This document shows positions 8,727 to 18,036 of a DNA stretch of 64,000 bases, piece after piece (within the stretch, counting starts at the first letter, position 1; each line of letters begins with the position of its first letter). The position numbers and the translations under genes were made by a program. Location: NCBI GenBank assembly GCA_037917675.1, contig JAVCBW010000005.1:32001-96000 (forward strand). The letters are read 5' to 3'. The notes under the pieces are model-generated. The model ran no database searches and was not told where the DNA came from. It was given only the letters and a program-made list of their open reading frames with translations. This stretch comes from Thermoproteota archaeon (lineage in GTDB: Archaea > Korarchaeota > Korarchaeia > B14-G2).

Positions 8727-9722
8727 CTACCTCCTCCAGAGGAGAGACAGGTCTATGGCCTTCTTGTCTACAAGAGACTCTGCTGTAAAGCCCATTTCCC
8801 TCAGGGCTTTAGCTAGGCTGGAGCTTTGCCCATGGTAGGTGACTACTAGCTCAGGGCTCACTGCCTCTACAACCCTGAGTAGGTCTTTGAAGTCAGCGTG
8901 GTCGCTTAGTGGGAAGCTGTAGTCAGCTCCAAGCTTAGCCTTGAAGCTGCTGACTGCAGCCCACCCTGAGAAGGCAATTAGCCTGACATCATGCCTCCTC
9001 TTTAGGGCCTGTATCATGGGGCTCCTAGAGGTGTACATTGGAGAGAGCATTACCCAGCTCTCTTTCTCCAAGGCTCCAGATGCCCTAGCCTTCGGGTAGC
9101 TCATGACAGCTGGGAGATCTACTCCAAACCTCCTATATGCCTCTGTGAACCTCACTATCATAGAGTGAGCTATGACCTGTGCTATGGAGTTGAAGAAGTG
9201 TAGTAGGATCTGAGCCTTCCCGAGAGGATATCCCATCAAGATGACAGGGTGGCCTCTGCTGAGCTCCTCCTCTATGATGTCTCGAGCCTCCTTAACTACG
9301 TCCTCAGCGTTCGGGAACTGGAAGCTGCTTGAGCCATACGTCGATTCTATGACTAGAACCTGAGCTCTCACAGGCTTAAACCCGCTCATGAATCCTCTAG
9401 CTCTCAGGCATATGTCTCCTGTGAACAGCAGGAAGTCCTCTATTAGAGCTGCTCTGGAGCCTAGGATGTGGCCTGTGTCGAGAAGCTTGACTCCAGCTAT
9501 GCTTTCACAAGTGAGGGCTACTCCCCTGAGCTTAGCTAGAGCAGCAGTCTCAGGGCTACACATGCACTTACAGCTCCTGCTTGGAAGGTGGTCGAAGTGT
9601 GCATGTGAAACAAAGCATGTACCCTGCGGCCTCTTGCTGTCTAAGCTGATCGTGCAGCCATTTAGCTCGAGAAGGACGCCTCCATGGCTTGACCTCAGCT
9701 TCATTTTCTCCATCCTAAGCAC
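8727..9722 (-). CDS. Metallo-beta-lactamase/beta-CASP nuclease
   Basis: SHAHFDH, GHILGS, TGD, IESTYG, LSDHAD and YHG motifs. Confidence 0.85.
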   Translation of the reverse strand: MLRMEKMKLRSSHGGVLLELNGCTISLDSKRPQGTCFVSHAHFDHLPSRSCKCMCSPETAALAKLRGVALTCESIAGVKLLDTGHILGSRAALIEDFLLFTGDICLRARGFMSGFKPVRAQVLVIESTYGSSSFQFPNAEDVVKEARDIIEEELSRGHPVILMGYPLGKAQILLHFFNSIAQVIAHSMIVRFTEAYRRFGVDLPAVMSYPKARASGALEKESWVMLSPMYTSRSPMIQALKRRHDVRLIAFSGWAAVSSFKAKLGADYSFPLSDHADFKDLLRVVEAVSPELVVTYHGQSSSLAKALREMGFTAESLVDKKAIDLSLLWRR

Positions 9723-9763
9723 GTGGGAAGTGAGCTGGATCCTGTAGTCGTTGAGTGTAGGGG

Positions 9764-9840
9764 TGGCGCCGAGGCCGGGATTTGAACCCGGGTCGGCGGC
9801 TCGACAGGCCGCTATGCTGACCTGGCTACACCACCTCGGC
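9764..9840 (-). tRNA. tRNA-Asp(GUC), intron-less, CCA encoded
   Basis: Reverse complement GCCGAGG...GCGGC-CTGTCGA-GCCGC...GGTTCAAATCC...CCTCGGC-G-CCA folds into a cloverleaf with anticodon GTC; TATA CTTTAAAG at 9862-9869. Confidence 0.96.
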
Positions 9841-9910
9841 TCAAGTCACATGTATGTTTTGCTTTAAAGATTTTACGCCCTCAAGCATCAGGCTATCGAG
9901 TGGTGTCTGA

Positions 9911-10885
9911 ATGGAGGCAAGGTGGCAGCTGCCTGCAGGTAGAGGCTTTGAGGCTAAGAGTAGGCTACTTAGCCTTAGGCTGGTGGCTGCAGCAGCTGTA
10001 GCCTTAGCTGCAGCTATAAGAGTGAAGAGGGGGCTTGTTAGGGCAAGCATCCTAGAGGCTTGGCCTAGCTCACTGGCGTGTAGAGAGCTAGCTGCTCCTC
10101 CTGGTAGCATGCTGGTACTGGTGCTTATTTCAGCTATATGCCCTAGCAGACAGCTCTATGTGGCTGTAAGCATATCTGTAGCATGCTTCATCTCAGCTTT
10201 CACGCTTACTTCAAGGTATGCTGGAGCTAGCGCAGCGTTACTCTACATGTGTGCCATGCCATCTACAATGATCCTCTTAGGCCAAGGGCTTGAAGGTATC
10301 AGTACGCTACTATGTTCAGCTGCTGTAATCTCATATACAGCTGGCAGGTATATCGCGTCAGCGTTCCTGCTTGGGGTCAGTGGAAGCTTTAGCATGCTGC
10401 CTTTGCTTGCCTTCCCTCCTCTCATAGGGAAGCTCGGTGGAAGGAGGCTGACAGCAGCCTTAGCATTTGCATGTGGATACCTGTGTGTCAGCAGCCCTGT
10501 CTGGCTTGCGCTCCCGAAGCCTGCTGCAGGCTACTGCAGGAGGCTTGCTGAGCTTGCCTGGAGAGTGAAGCCTACCTCACTTGCTTTGCTCCCCTTAGCT
10601 GCTGTAGCTACAGCTGTCTTCTCATGGCTTGCCTCAAGGAATGGGGAGGTAGAGAAGCTGTGTACTCTATCTGGGCTCATGTGGGCTCCACTGGCGCCAG
10701 GATGGGAGGTAGCCTCTATTCTCCCTCTTGCAGCAGCCTGGCATCCGAGATACCTTCTGCTTCTGCTCTTTGATGGAGTGGGTGTAGCTGCCCAGTTAGC
10801 TAAAAAAACGCTTCTCCATGCAGCTCTATGGCATACTGAGCTACTGCTGCTAGCTGGGCTCCTATACTCTCATGTGAGGAGATAG
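9911..10885 (+). CDS. Multi-pass membrane protein, possibly a GT-C-like glycosyltransferase
   Basis: Highly hydrophobic; ends 2 nt before the mannosyltransferase gene; no diagnostic motif; start uncertain. Confidence 0.5.
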   Translation: MEARWQLPAGRGFEAKSRLLSLRLVAAAAVALAAAIRVKRGLVRASILEAWPSSLACRELAAPPGSMLVLVLISAICPSRQLYVAVSISVACFISAFTLTSRYAGASAALLYMCAMPSTMILLGQGLEGISTLLCSAAVISYTAGRYIASAFLLGVSGSFSMLPLLAFPPLIGKLGGRRLTAALAFACGYLCVSSPVWLALPKPAAGYCRRLAELAWRVKPTSLALLPLAAVATAVFSWLASRNGEVEKLCTLSGLMWAPLAPGWEVASILPLAAAWHPRYLLLLLFDGVGVAAQLAKKTLLHAALWHTELLLLAGLLYSHVRR

Positions 10886-10887
10886 CC

Positions 10888-12072
10888 TTGAAAGCTAGAG
10901 CTCTAGTAATCTTTGCACCAAGCTTGATGATGGGAGCTTTGCTGGCAGCTACAGCATTCGAGCCACGTGAGCTAGTGTTTGATGAAGTCCACTATGTTCA
11001 GGCAGCTAGAGAGATCTTGGGGAAAGGCTTCTATGACATGCATACGCATCCTCCACTCGGTAAGGAGCTCATTGCAGCTGGCATGTGGCTTGCTGGAGAT
11101 AAGGCAGTCGGCTGGAGAGTGTTCTCTGTCATGTTCGGTGTGGCTTCAGTAGCTCTGCTCGCGCTGGCAGTCTACCTTGGGACTGGGTCTGTTCTAGCAG
11201 GGTTCATAGCCTCTCTAGGGCTCGCTTTAGACCCACTACACTTCACCCAGAGCAGAGTAGCTATGCTAGACATCTTCCAGACCCCACTGCTGCTAGGCGC
11301 CCTCACAGTAGTATTGAAGAGGAGGAGCTTGCTTGGCTTTTCCCTGGCAGGTGTCCTAGCTGGGCTAGCTGCTGCATGCAAGCTTCCAGCTGCTGTGGTA
11401 GGGCTTTCACTCGGCCTCTACTTCTCGTCTGGAGGGAAGGCATGGAGGATGAGGCTGCTTAAGCTCCTCTGCTACGGGGCTTCAGCTATAGCAGCTTACA
11501 TTCTGACTTATCTACCCTACTTTGCATGTGGCCACGGGCTGGTTGAGTGGCTTAAGGATACCCAGTTGTTCATGCTCTATGTTGGGACAACATTCAAGTT
11601 TGAGCATCCGTATATGTCTCCAGCTTGCACTTGGCTCATAGGGTGGAAGCCTGTCCTCTACTATTACAAGGTAGATCAGGGCAGCAACTATGTCCATGCT
11701 ATCCTGGCTCTCGGCAATGTAGCCAGCTGGCTCCCATCATTTGCAATCCTACTGAAGCAGCTAGCCTATCCGAGAGGAGAAATGGACTTGCTTCCCTCAG
11801 TGTGGTTTGCTCCATGCTATGTCTCACTCATGCTAGTTAGGAGGCCGACCTTCATATTCTACATGGAGCCTCTGATCCCAGCACTCTATATGTCGGTTGG
11901 CGTGGAGGTAGGGTACTTAGCAGGAGAGGAGAGGATTCTAGCTGCTGTCGCTGCTGTGATGCTCTACCTGGCTAGCGCTCTCTTTCTGCTACCACTCTCC
12001 ATGGGGATTCTCGTCCCAGTATCATACCTTAGGGAAATGCTCATAGTTGGGAGAGCGCTATGGGGAGGCTAA
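10888..12072 (+). CDS. Lipid-phosphate-mannose:protein O-mannosyltransferase (PMT/GT39)
   Basis: VFDEVHYV (DE motif), HPPLGK, GWR, SRVAMLD, HPYMSP..W and LGN motifs of the PMT family. Confidence 0.85.
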   Translation: MKARALVIFAPSLMMGALLAATAFEPRELVFDEVHYVQAAREILGKGFYDMHTHPPLGKELIAAGMWLAGDKAVGWRVFSVMFGVASVALLALAVYLGTGSVLAGFIASLGLALDPLHFTQSRVAMLDIFQTPLLLGALTVVLKRRSLLGFSLAGVLAGLAAACKLPAAVVGLSLGLYFSSGGKAWRMRLLKLLCYGASAIAAYILTYLPYFACGHGLVEWLKDTQLFMLYVGTTFKFEHPYMSPACTWLIGWKPVLYYYKVDQGSNYVHAILALGNVASWLPSFAILLKQLAYPRGEMDLLPSVWFAPCYVSLMLVRRPTFIFYMEPLIPALYMSVGVEVGYLAGEERILAAVAAVMLYLASALFLLPLSMGILVPVSYLREMLIVGRALWGG

Positions 12073-12588
12073 GAGCTGAGAGAGCAGGCCTCTCCTCTCC
12101 ATGAGCACTAGGATAGCTGAGCCTAGAGCTACAACAGACAGAAGCTCGCTAGCTAGGAGAGAGATGTATGTCAGAGCATATGGTAAGGAGTAGAGGTATG
12201 CTATGTAGGAGCCTACTATGGCTGTTATAACAAGTGAAGCTATCGCACCTGCAGCTAGAGGAGGCCCCCACCCCATCCTATGCCTCCTCTTCACCATGCT
12301 TCTCAGCACAGTGTAGGCTGCTGCTGATGCTAGAGCATTCGCTAGGCTTCCTCCGATCATGTCGATGGCAGGAAGACCAGAGTAGGCATTCCAGAGGAAG
12401 CAGCCTATTGCTGTCCCTATGGCAGCTGGAGCTAGCCCTACGGTAGCTGGAGCTATGACTAGCAGGGAGTCAGATACTCTTATTGAGACTAGAGACGGGC
12501 CTATGTTGGAGAGTGGCCCTAGCACTAAGCTCAGCACAAAGTACAATGCAGCTATGATAGCAGAGAGGGAAAGCTCTCTTGAGCCCAT
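12058..12588 (-). CDS. QueT-family (ECF S-component-like) transporter
   Basis: Start moved to ATG 12588. AIIAALYFVL, IRVSD, GCFLWN and D...GSLA pattern; about 5 TM. Confidence 0.72.
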   Translation of the reverse strand: MGSRELSLSAIIAALYFVLSLVLGPLSNIGPSLVSIRVSDSLLVIAPATVGLAPAAIGTAIGCFLWNAYSGLPAIDMIGGSLANALASAAAYTVLRSMVKRRHRMGWGPPLAAGAIASLVITAIVGSYIAYLYSLPYALTYISLLASELLSVVALGSAILVLMERRGLLSQLLASP

Positions 12589-12655
12589 TGAGCTGTGGGC
12601 AGAAGGCAGGCTTAAAAGGTTGGCGCTGAAGCTAGTGGCCTGTAGGGTAGTGAAG

Positions 12656-13540
12656 ATGAGAGTCAGGCTAGTCGCATGTGATAGCATGGGAGTTAGGAGC
12701 ATGTGTACTAGAGTTGAGGCAGATGGCGTCGTTCTCGTTATAGACCCATCAGCTGCGCTAGCTCCGCGTAGATATGGGCTTCCACCTCACAGGCTGGAGT
12801 GGGAGAGGCTGGATGAAGCTTGGCGTGAGATAGAGAGAGCCTGTAGTGATGCTGATGTGATGGTGGTCACACACTACCACCTCGACCACTACTCACCGAG
12901 GAGAACCTACCTATATGAGGGCAAGATCGTGCTCTTGAAGAGCCCTGAGGAGAACGTGAACTTCAGCCAGAGGAGGAGAGGCCTCTTCTTCACCAGCGAG
13001 CTCAAGAACATCGCTAGGGAAATCAGGTATGTTGATGGAGCTAAGCTCAAGTTTGATGCTACTACCATAGAGTTCTCTCCTCCTGTCCCACATGGAGGAG
13101 AGGGAACTAAGCTAGGATACGTGATCATGGTGAAGGTCTCTGAGAGCAAGGGAGACACTATGGTGTTTACCAGCGATATCTCAGGGCCTGTGTATAGGCC
13201 TGCCACAGAGTGGATAGTTAAAGCGAAGCCTAAGCTAGTCATCTTAGATGGGCCTCCAATCTACCATGAGAGATCAGAGGAGAGCTTAGCTGAGGCAGTT
13301 GAGAACATGGCTCAGATACTTGGAGAGAGCTCTGTGGAGAAGCTTGTGCTAGACCACCATGCGCTCAGGGACTTGAGTTATAGAGAGAAGCTTGCTCCTG
13401 TCTTTCAAGCTGGAGAGAAGCTGAGCAAGGCTGTTTTGACGGCAGCAGAGTATATGGGGGTGGAGGAGAAGCTGCTTGAGGCTAGCAGGCTCTACCTTTA
13501 CGCTAGAGAGGGGGCTGAGCTCTCCTCTATAGTTACCTGA
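12656..13540 (+). CDS. UPF0282-family metallo-beta-lactamase-fold hydrolase
   Basis: Start ATG 12656 MRVRLVACDSMGVRSM; APRRYGLPP, THYHLDH, VPHG, DHHALRD. Confidence 0.85.
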   Translation: MRVRLVACDSMGVRSMCTRVEADGVVLVIDPSAALAPRRYGLPPHRLEWERLDEAWREIERACSDADVMVVTHYHLDHYSPRRTYLYEGKIVLLKSPEENVNFSQRRRGLFFTSELKNIAREIRYVDGAKLKFDATTIEFSPPVPHGGEGTKLGYVIMVKVSESKGDTMVFTSDISGPVYRPATEWIVKAKPKLVILDGPPIYHERSEESLAEAVENMAQILGESSVEKLVLDHHALRDLSYREKLAPVFQAGEKLSKAVLTAAEYMGVEEKLLEASRLYLYAREGAELSSIVT

Positions 13541-13946
13541 CTGAGCGTAGAGCTTCTAGGAGCTTAGCCCAGAGCTCCTCTATGCTAGAGTACTCTAGCA
13601 GCTCTATGCCAGGTGCTCCAGCTATCATGGCTGATAGAAGGCTCTTCCTAGAGGACTCTACTACCGCTATAACTCTCTTCTCCATGGAGAGAGCCTTACA
13701 GACCTCGAAGCCAACGCCATGGCTCGGATAAGATACCTCAGCTACCACCAGGTCACACTCTGATAGGAGCTTAATGTTCCTCCTGTAGACCTCTTCACAG
13801 CTTAGTGGCTCAGGAGTACCTTGAGCAACATGCTCTGTGAGAACCTTGTGGCCAAGCTCCTTCAGCATGCTGACTATAGCCTTGACAGAGTTTATAGCTC
13901 TCCTATCTCCTCTTATCGGAGCTGCGACATACACTTTTAGAGGCAT
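13533..13946 (-). CDS. Nucleoside 2-deoxyribosyltransferase / DNPH1(Rcl)-like N-hydrolase
   Basis: KVYVAAPIRG, VLTEHV, VAEVSYPSHGVGFE, SAMI motifs. Confidence 0.8.
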   Translation of the reverse strand: MPLKVYVAAPIRGDRRAINSVKAIVSMLKELGHKVLTEHVAQGTPEPLSCEEVYRRNIKLLSECDLVVAEVSYPSHGVGFEVCKALSMEKRVIAVVESSRKSLLSAMIAGAPGIELLEYSSIEELWAKLLEALRSVR

Positions 13947-13947
13947 G

Positions 13948-14862
13948 CTAGCTACCGAAGAGCCAGTCCTCAGCCAGCTGTGCTGGGCTTGGTGTGTCTA
14001 GCAGCCTATATTTCCTCCTGAAGTGTGAGAAGATGTTCTCTAGGTCTCTCTCGAGGATCAACTGAGCCTCCTCATAGGATACTGGGACAGCCTGTGGGAA
14101 GTCGATGTAGTAGAGCACACCCTCCCTGTCTACTAGTATGTTATACTCATTTAGGTCTCCGTGTATGAAGCCTGCTTCCCTCACCATAGTCTCCACGTCT
14201 GACGTTATCTGCTCAAGCGCCTCTCTAGGGTTCTTAAGCTTGATATCTGATAGGTTTGGAGCAGGTGTCTCAGGTTCCTCTCCCTCAACCATCCTCATTG
14301 CTACAGCATGCCTGTTTACCCCGAGAGGCTCTGGGGTGCTCACTCCAGCTTTATGTACAGCTTCAAGAGCCTTCATCTCCACTTGGGCTTTAGCTCTTGG
14401 TACATCTATCCTACTGTCCTCTAGGTTAAGCTCTTGTCCTCTCACTACGACGGCAGCATAAGATAGAGACCTTCTTATGTGCCTGAACTCCTTAGCCCAA
14501 TACCTGTGGAACTTTATCACAACAGGCTCTCCGCTAGGCGATCTCGCCAAGACTATCTCAGCCTCCTTTCCCTCTCCTATGGTGTCTCCGACCTCCTCTA
14601 GAATCCCATGCCTCTTGAAATCCCATAGCGCTAGCGTGTCGAAGCCTCTCTCAAGTATCATGAGAGCGAACTCCCGATAGTGTCCTATGTATCTGTACTT
14701 GACTAGCGCAGCCTTCTCTAGGAACCTAGCTCTCCTCTCAACCTCAATACGTGGGTATGGTAGCTTATCTACCACACTTGACATCGGAACCCACTCGAAT
14801 GCTGTCCTTAAGCCCTCTACTACACGCAGGACCGCTATGTCCACCTCATCTATAGGTCTCAA
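13948..14862 (-). CDS. rio2: RIO2 atypical Ser/Thr kinase
   Basis: N-terminal wHTH (FEWVP...GFDTLAL), IGEGKEA, IKFHR, IHGDLNEYNI, IDFPQ. Confidence 0.9.
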   Translation of the reverse strand: MRPIDEVDIAVLRVVEGLRTAFEWVPMSSVVDKLPYPRIEVERRARFLEKAALVKYRYIGHYREFALMILERGFDTLALWDFKRHGILEEVGDTIGEGKEAEIVLARSPSGEPVVIKFHRYWAKEFRHIRRSLSYAAVVVRGQELNLEDSRIDVPRAKAQVEMKALEAVHKAGVSTPEPLGVNRHAVAMRMVEGEEPETPAPNLSDIKLKNPREALEQITSDVETMVREAGFIHGDLNEYNILVDREGVLYYIDFPQAVPVSYEEAQLILERDLENIFSHFRRKYRLLDTPSPAQLAEDWLFGS

Positions 14863-15071
14863 GCTCTCACGCTATAAGAAGCCGTATCGCCTGGCCCACT
14901 TAATGTACATCATTTTAGCCAGCTTAACCATGCTCTTATTGAGCTTATAGCTCACTCTAGCAGCTCCGTTCTGGCCAGCTGTAACGGAATGTGGCAGGTA
15001 ACCAAAGGCTACTGATAACACTACTTCAACCACAATTAGGGCAATAACCTAAAAAATATAAAGGTTTAGTC

Positions 15072-16427
15072 TTGACTCTTGTTATAATTCGTTATTCTGC
15101 TATCGTTTTTCAAAGCGGTTCCCGAACCCATCTTGGAGGTGTTCCATTAGGCCCTGTATCGACGGGAAGAGCTTCCTGCAGAGCTCCTTCAACTCCAAAG
15201 GCTACACCTCCCCCCTATGTGCTCACTAGAGTTGAATCCCCCGCTGAAGTCGTATTCTATGTGCGTGGAGAAGACGTTGAGAAGGTGGAGCTTAAGCCGC
15301 TGCACTACAGGGGTGTAGAGCGAGCGCTTATAGGCCTCTCAGCTGAAGACGTCCCAGCCTACGTCTCGAGGATCTGTGGGATCTGCCCCATAGCCCACCA
15401 GATAGCATCGTCTCAAGCGATAGAAGCCTCACTTGGCATCGATAGCCCACCTGAGACAGCTTCAATCGTGAGAAAGCTTGCATTGATAGCTGAACATGTC
15501 AAGAGCCATACACTACACCTGTTCCTGCATACGCTACCTGATCTCTTCTCATATGCTTACAACTCGCCTCAGGATGTGTTCACGATATCGAGAGCTGAGA
15601 GAGAGTATCCGAGGAAGATAGGTGCTCTGATAGCATTCAGCAACAGAGCTCTAGCAGAGCTAGGTGGAAGAGGCGTCATCTCCATGGTCTCGACAGTCGG
15701 TGGGGTATATAGTAGGCTTACATCATCCTCAAGAGAGAGGATCGAGAAGGAGCTAAAGCAGGCTAAGGCAGCGATAAGCTGGGCTAAAGACCTGCTGTAC
15801 AGCAGAAGGCTCTTGGATGAGGCCATGGTAGACAGGGAACTCTATGATCTACCTGAGGGAACCATGTTCATCACGACAGCTAGTGGAGGAGAGCTGTGGG
15901 GGGAGGCTAAGATGTATGCTGGGCGGAAACCGAAGCCTATCCTGATAGCAGACCTGCTTGGAGGTAGCTATTACGAGAAAGCTGTTTTAACTGGGCCTGC
16001 TGCCAGACATGTTGCTAGAGGAGGAGAAGTCCATGAAGCCATGAACTTGCTAACTCACATCAGGATAAGGATGGATGAGATCGAGTCATACTTGGATGCT
16101 GCTGAGAGGCTCCTGAATGAGCCTAGGCTATACCATGGCATGCTAAGGGAGAGAGTTAAGGCAGCAGACTCACAGGGAACTTCTGCAGTTGAGGCGCCTA
16201 GAGGAACACTAGTCCACTACTATAGGGTTGAGAGGGGAGCTATAGCTGAAAGCAAGATAGTGACCCCAACCATGTTGAATAGAGGCATCATGATTACGGT
16301 AGCTAACAGGCTGGTGAGGCTGGCAAGTGACCTAGCGTTCCCTAGAGACTACATCATAAGCAAGGCTATGGCTGCTATCAGGCTATTCGACCCCTGTATC
16401 TCATGCCTCTATCATACAATCAAGTAG
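15072..16427 (+). CDS. [NiFe]-hydrogenase large-subunit homolog (group 3-like), orphan
   Basis: L1 RICGICPIAH, SHTLH, EAPRGTLVHYY, IVTPT, L2 DPCISCLYH. True start uncertain: GGAGGTG at 15135-15141 is not followed by a canonical start codon; in-frame GTG at 15219. Confidence 0.85.
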   Translation: MTLVIIRYSAIVFQSGSRTHLGGVPLGPVSTGRASCRAPSTPKATPPPYVLTRVESPAEVVFYVRGEDVEKVELKPLHYRGVERALIGLSAEDVPAYVSRICGICPIAHQIASSQAIEASLGIDSPPETASIVRKLALIAEHVKSHTLHLFLHTLPDLFSYAYNSPQDVFTISRAEREYPRKIGALIAFSNRALAELGGRGVISMVSTVGGVYSRLTSSSRERIEKELKQAKAAISWAKDLLYSRRLLDEAMVDRELYDLPEGTMFITTASGGELWGEAKMYAGRKPKPILIADLLGGSYYEKAVLTGPAARHVARGGEVHEAMNLLTHIRIRMDEIESYLDAAERLLNEPRLYHGMLRERVKAADSQGTSAVEAPRGTLVHYYRVERGAIAESKIVTPTMLNRGIMITVANRLVRLASDLAFPRDYIISKAMAAIRLFDPCISCLYHTIK

Positions 16428-18036
16428 AGCTGTGGTAGCTATGAGCCTCTGGACGAGCTCTCATTGCAGCTTTCCTCAATATGACTGACAGCGAGATGAG
16501 CACAGCTACTGCAGCAGCCATCACTGCAAGTAGGGGGAGGTTTAGCTCTGGCTGCCTCAGCTTAGGACTAGGCTTTGCTGGTGTAGCTGTGAACCCTGCT
16601 GCTGAAGGCTCTGGCTGAGGAGATGGTTCTGTGTGAGCTGTTGGAGGAGGAGCTTGTGGCTGAGTAGGCTGAGTGATCTCTGGTGTAGCTGATGGAGCTG
16701 TAGCTGGAGGGGTAGGTGCGACAGCCTTCACCTCAATCACTCTCGTGTCTAGGACATAGTCACCATGTGCTAGGGTTATGCTCACGTTTAGTGTGCCTTC
16801 CGACTCAGCTATCAGCTTGAACACAGCCTCACCTGTAGCTCCTGGTTCTAACCTGACTAGAATGTAGCTTGGATCTATGCTGACATCAGTGGCATTACAT
16901 ACCACTCTGACTACGATATATACCTCACCTGTATTCGCCACATAAGCCTTTAGGTAGCTTTCCTCTCCTACAACTACTTGATCTGGTGCCTCTATCCCCG
17001 CTATGCTTGCCTGCACAGCCTTTAGCTCGATCTGAGGAAGCTGACTCTCTTCCTCTTCCCGTGGGATCTCAGCCTGTAGATGGCTGACTCTGAAGAGAGC
17101 TTTCCTTGTGAAGGTGTCCTCCCACTTCTCTCCAGTCGATGGATCTCTTATGAAGTCTATTTCGACAGCATATGAGCCTGGTGTGGCATCAGCTGGAATC
17201 TCCCACTTGACATTAGAGAACACAGCTCTGCTGCCAGGATAAAGGACTTTCGGCGGGAGCAGGTCTAGCTCATATCTTAAGCCAGCTGGATCTATTACTG
17301 TGACACTGAGGTAAAATGTCCCTTCTATGTTCCCTATATTCTCCACTATCATGTATAGGCTGACAGTCTCTCCTAGGTAATAGGATTCCTTAGAGGGCTC
17401 TACAGTGATGACATGGAATATGGGAGCAAGCTCTCTCACAACAGTGAAAATCACATGCTCCGTAAAGTCGTCTCTGTACTTAATCATGTTGTGTGGGTCT
17501 TGGATACAGTCTACTGCTATCTTATACTCACCTAGCTCAGCGTCCTCAGGGATGACCCAGCTTACCTTCCTAGCTACTACACCATAACCAGGAGAAAGGT
17601 ATGCAGGAGGCTCTACTACTATCGGGTAATGCTTTCCTGATGGCGAGATGAATGTCACAAGTATGTAGAAGTAAGCTGGCTCTACTCCTATATTCCTGAC
17701 TTTCACGTAGACTATGGCATGCTCTCCCCTCACGTATACCTTGGACTCAGCTGATACCGTTATGCTGAAGAAAGGACCAGGTGGAGGTGTCGGTTCTACA
17801 CGTGCCTTGAGCACCATGCTCTCACTGGAGCCATCACCATGCTTCTCAGATCCGTCAGCATACATCTCACCACTTGTGTTATGGGCAGCTCCCATGTTGG
17901 TGGCAGTCTCAGCCTGGATGTAGCTTTCTCCATTAGAGGTAGGTGATAGACTGAGAGATAGCTCTATGTGTGTAGTGGAGAGCTGTAGGAGGAGTGTTAG
18001 AGTGATGGCTGCTATGAGAAGATGAGCTATACGCAT
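16420..18036 (-). CDS. Surface protein: signal peptide, three Ig/CARDB-like domains, Pro/Thr-rich stalk, C-terminal TM
   Basis: Repeated unit Y..GE...(V/I).V.N.G...PG....V.W.IP.DA..G.Y; PTPPATAPSATPEITQPTQPQAPPP linker; TM followed by basic residues. Confidence 0.75.
   Translation of the reverse strand: MRIAHLLIAAITLTLLLQLSTTHIELSLSLSPTSNGESYIQAETATNMGAAHNTSGEMYADGSEKHGDGSSESMVLKARVEPTPPPGPFFSITVSAESKVYVRGEHAIVYVKVRNIGVEPAYFYILVTFISPSGKHYPIVVEPPAYLSPGYGVVARKVSWVIPEDAELGEYKIAVDCIQDPHNMIKYRDDFTEHVIFTVVRELAPIFHVITVEPSKESYYLGETVSLYMIVENIGNIEGTFYLSVTVIDPAGLRYELDLLPPKVLYPGSRAVFSNVKWEIPADATPGSYAVEIDFIRDPSTGEKWEDTFTRKALFRVSHLQAEIPREEEESQLPQIELKAVQASIAGIEAPDQVVVGEESYLKAYVANTGEVYIVVRVVCNATDVSIDPSYILVRLEPGATGEAVFKLIAESEGTLNVSITLAHGDYVLDTRVIEVKAVAPTPPATAPSATPEITQPTQPQAPPPTAHTEPSPQPEPSAAGFTATPAKPSPKLRQPELNLPLLAVMAAAVAVLISLSVILRKAAMRARPEAHSYHSST

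Noticed and set aside
9723-9910. Integrated element at tRNA-Asp
   Set aside because: Flanks are housekeeping-type genes; no integrase and no duplicated tRNA 3' end noticed in the window.
12419-12702. Long head-to-head overlap of the QueT and MBL ORFs in the track
   Set aside because: Artefact of over-extended starts; family N-termini begin at 12588 (-) and 12656 (+).
16380-16427. Selenocysteine in the hydrogenase L2 motif
   Set aside because: Both L2 cysteines are TGT/TGC codons; no in-frame TGA.
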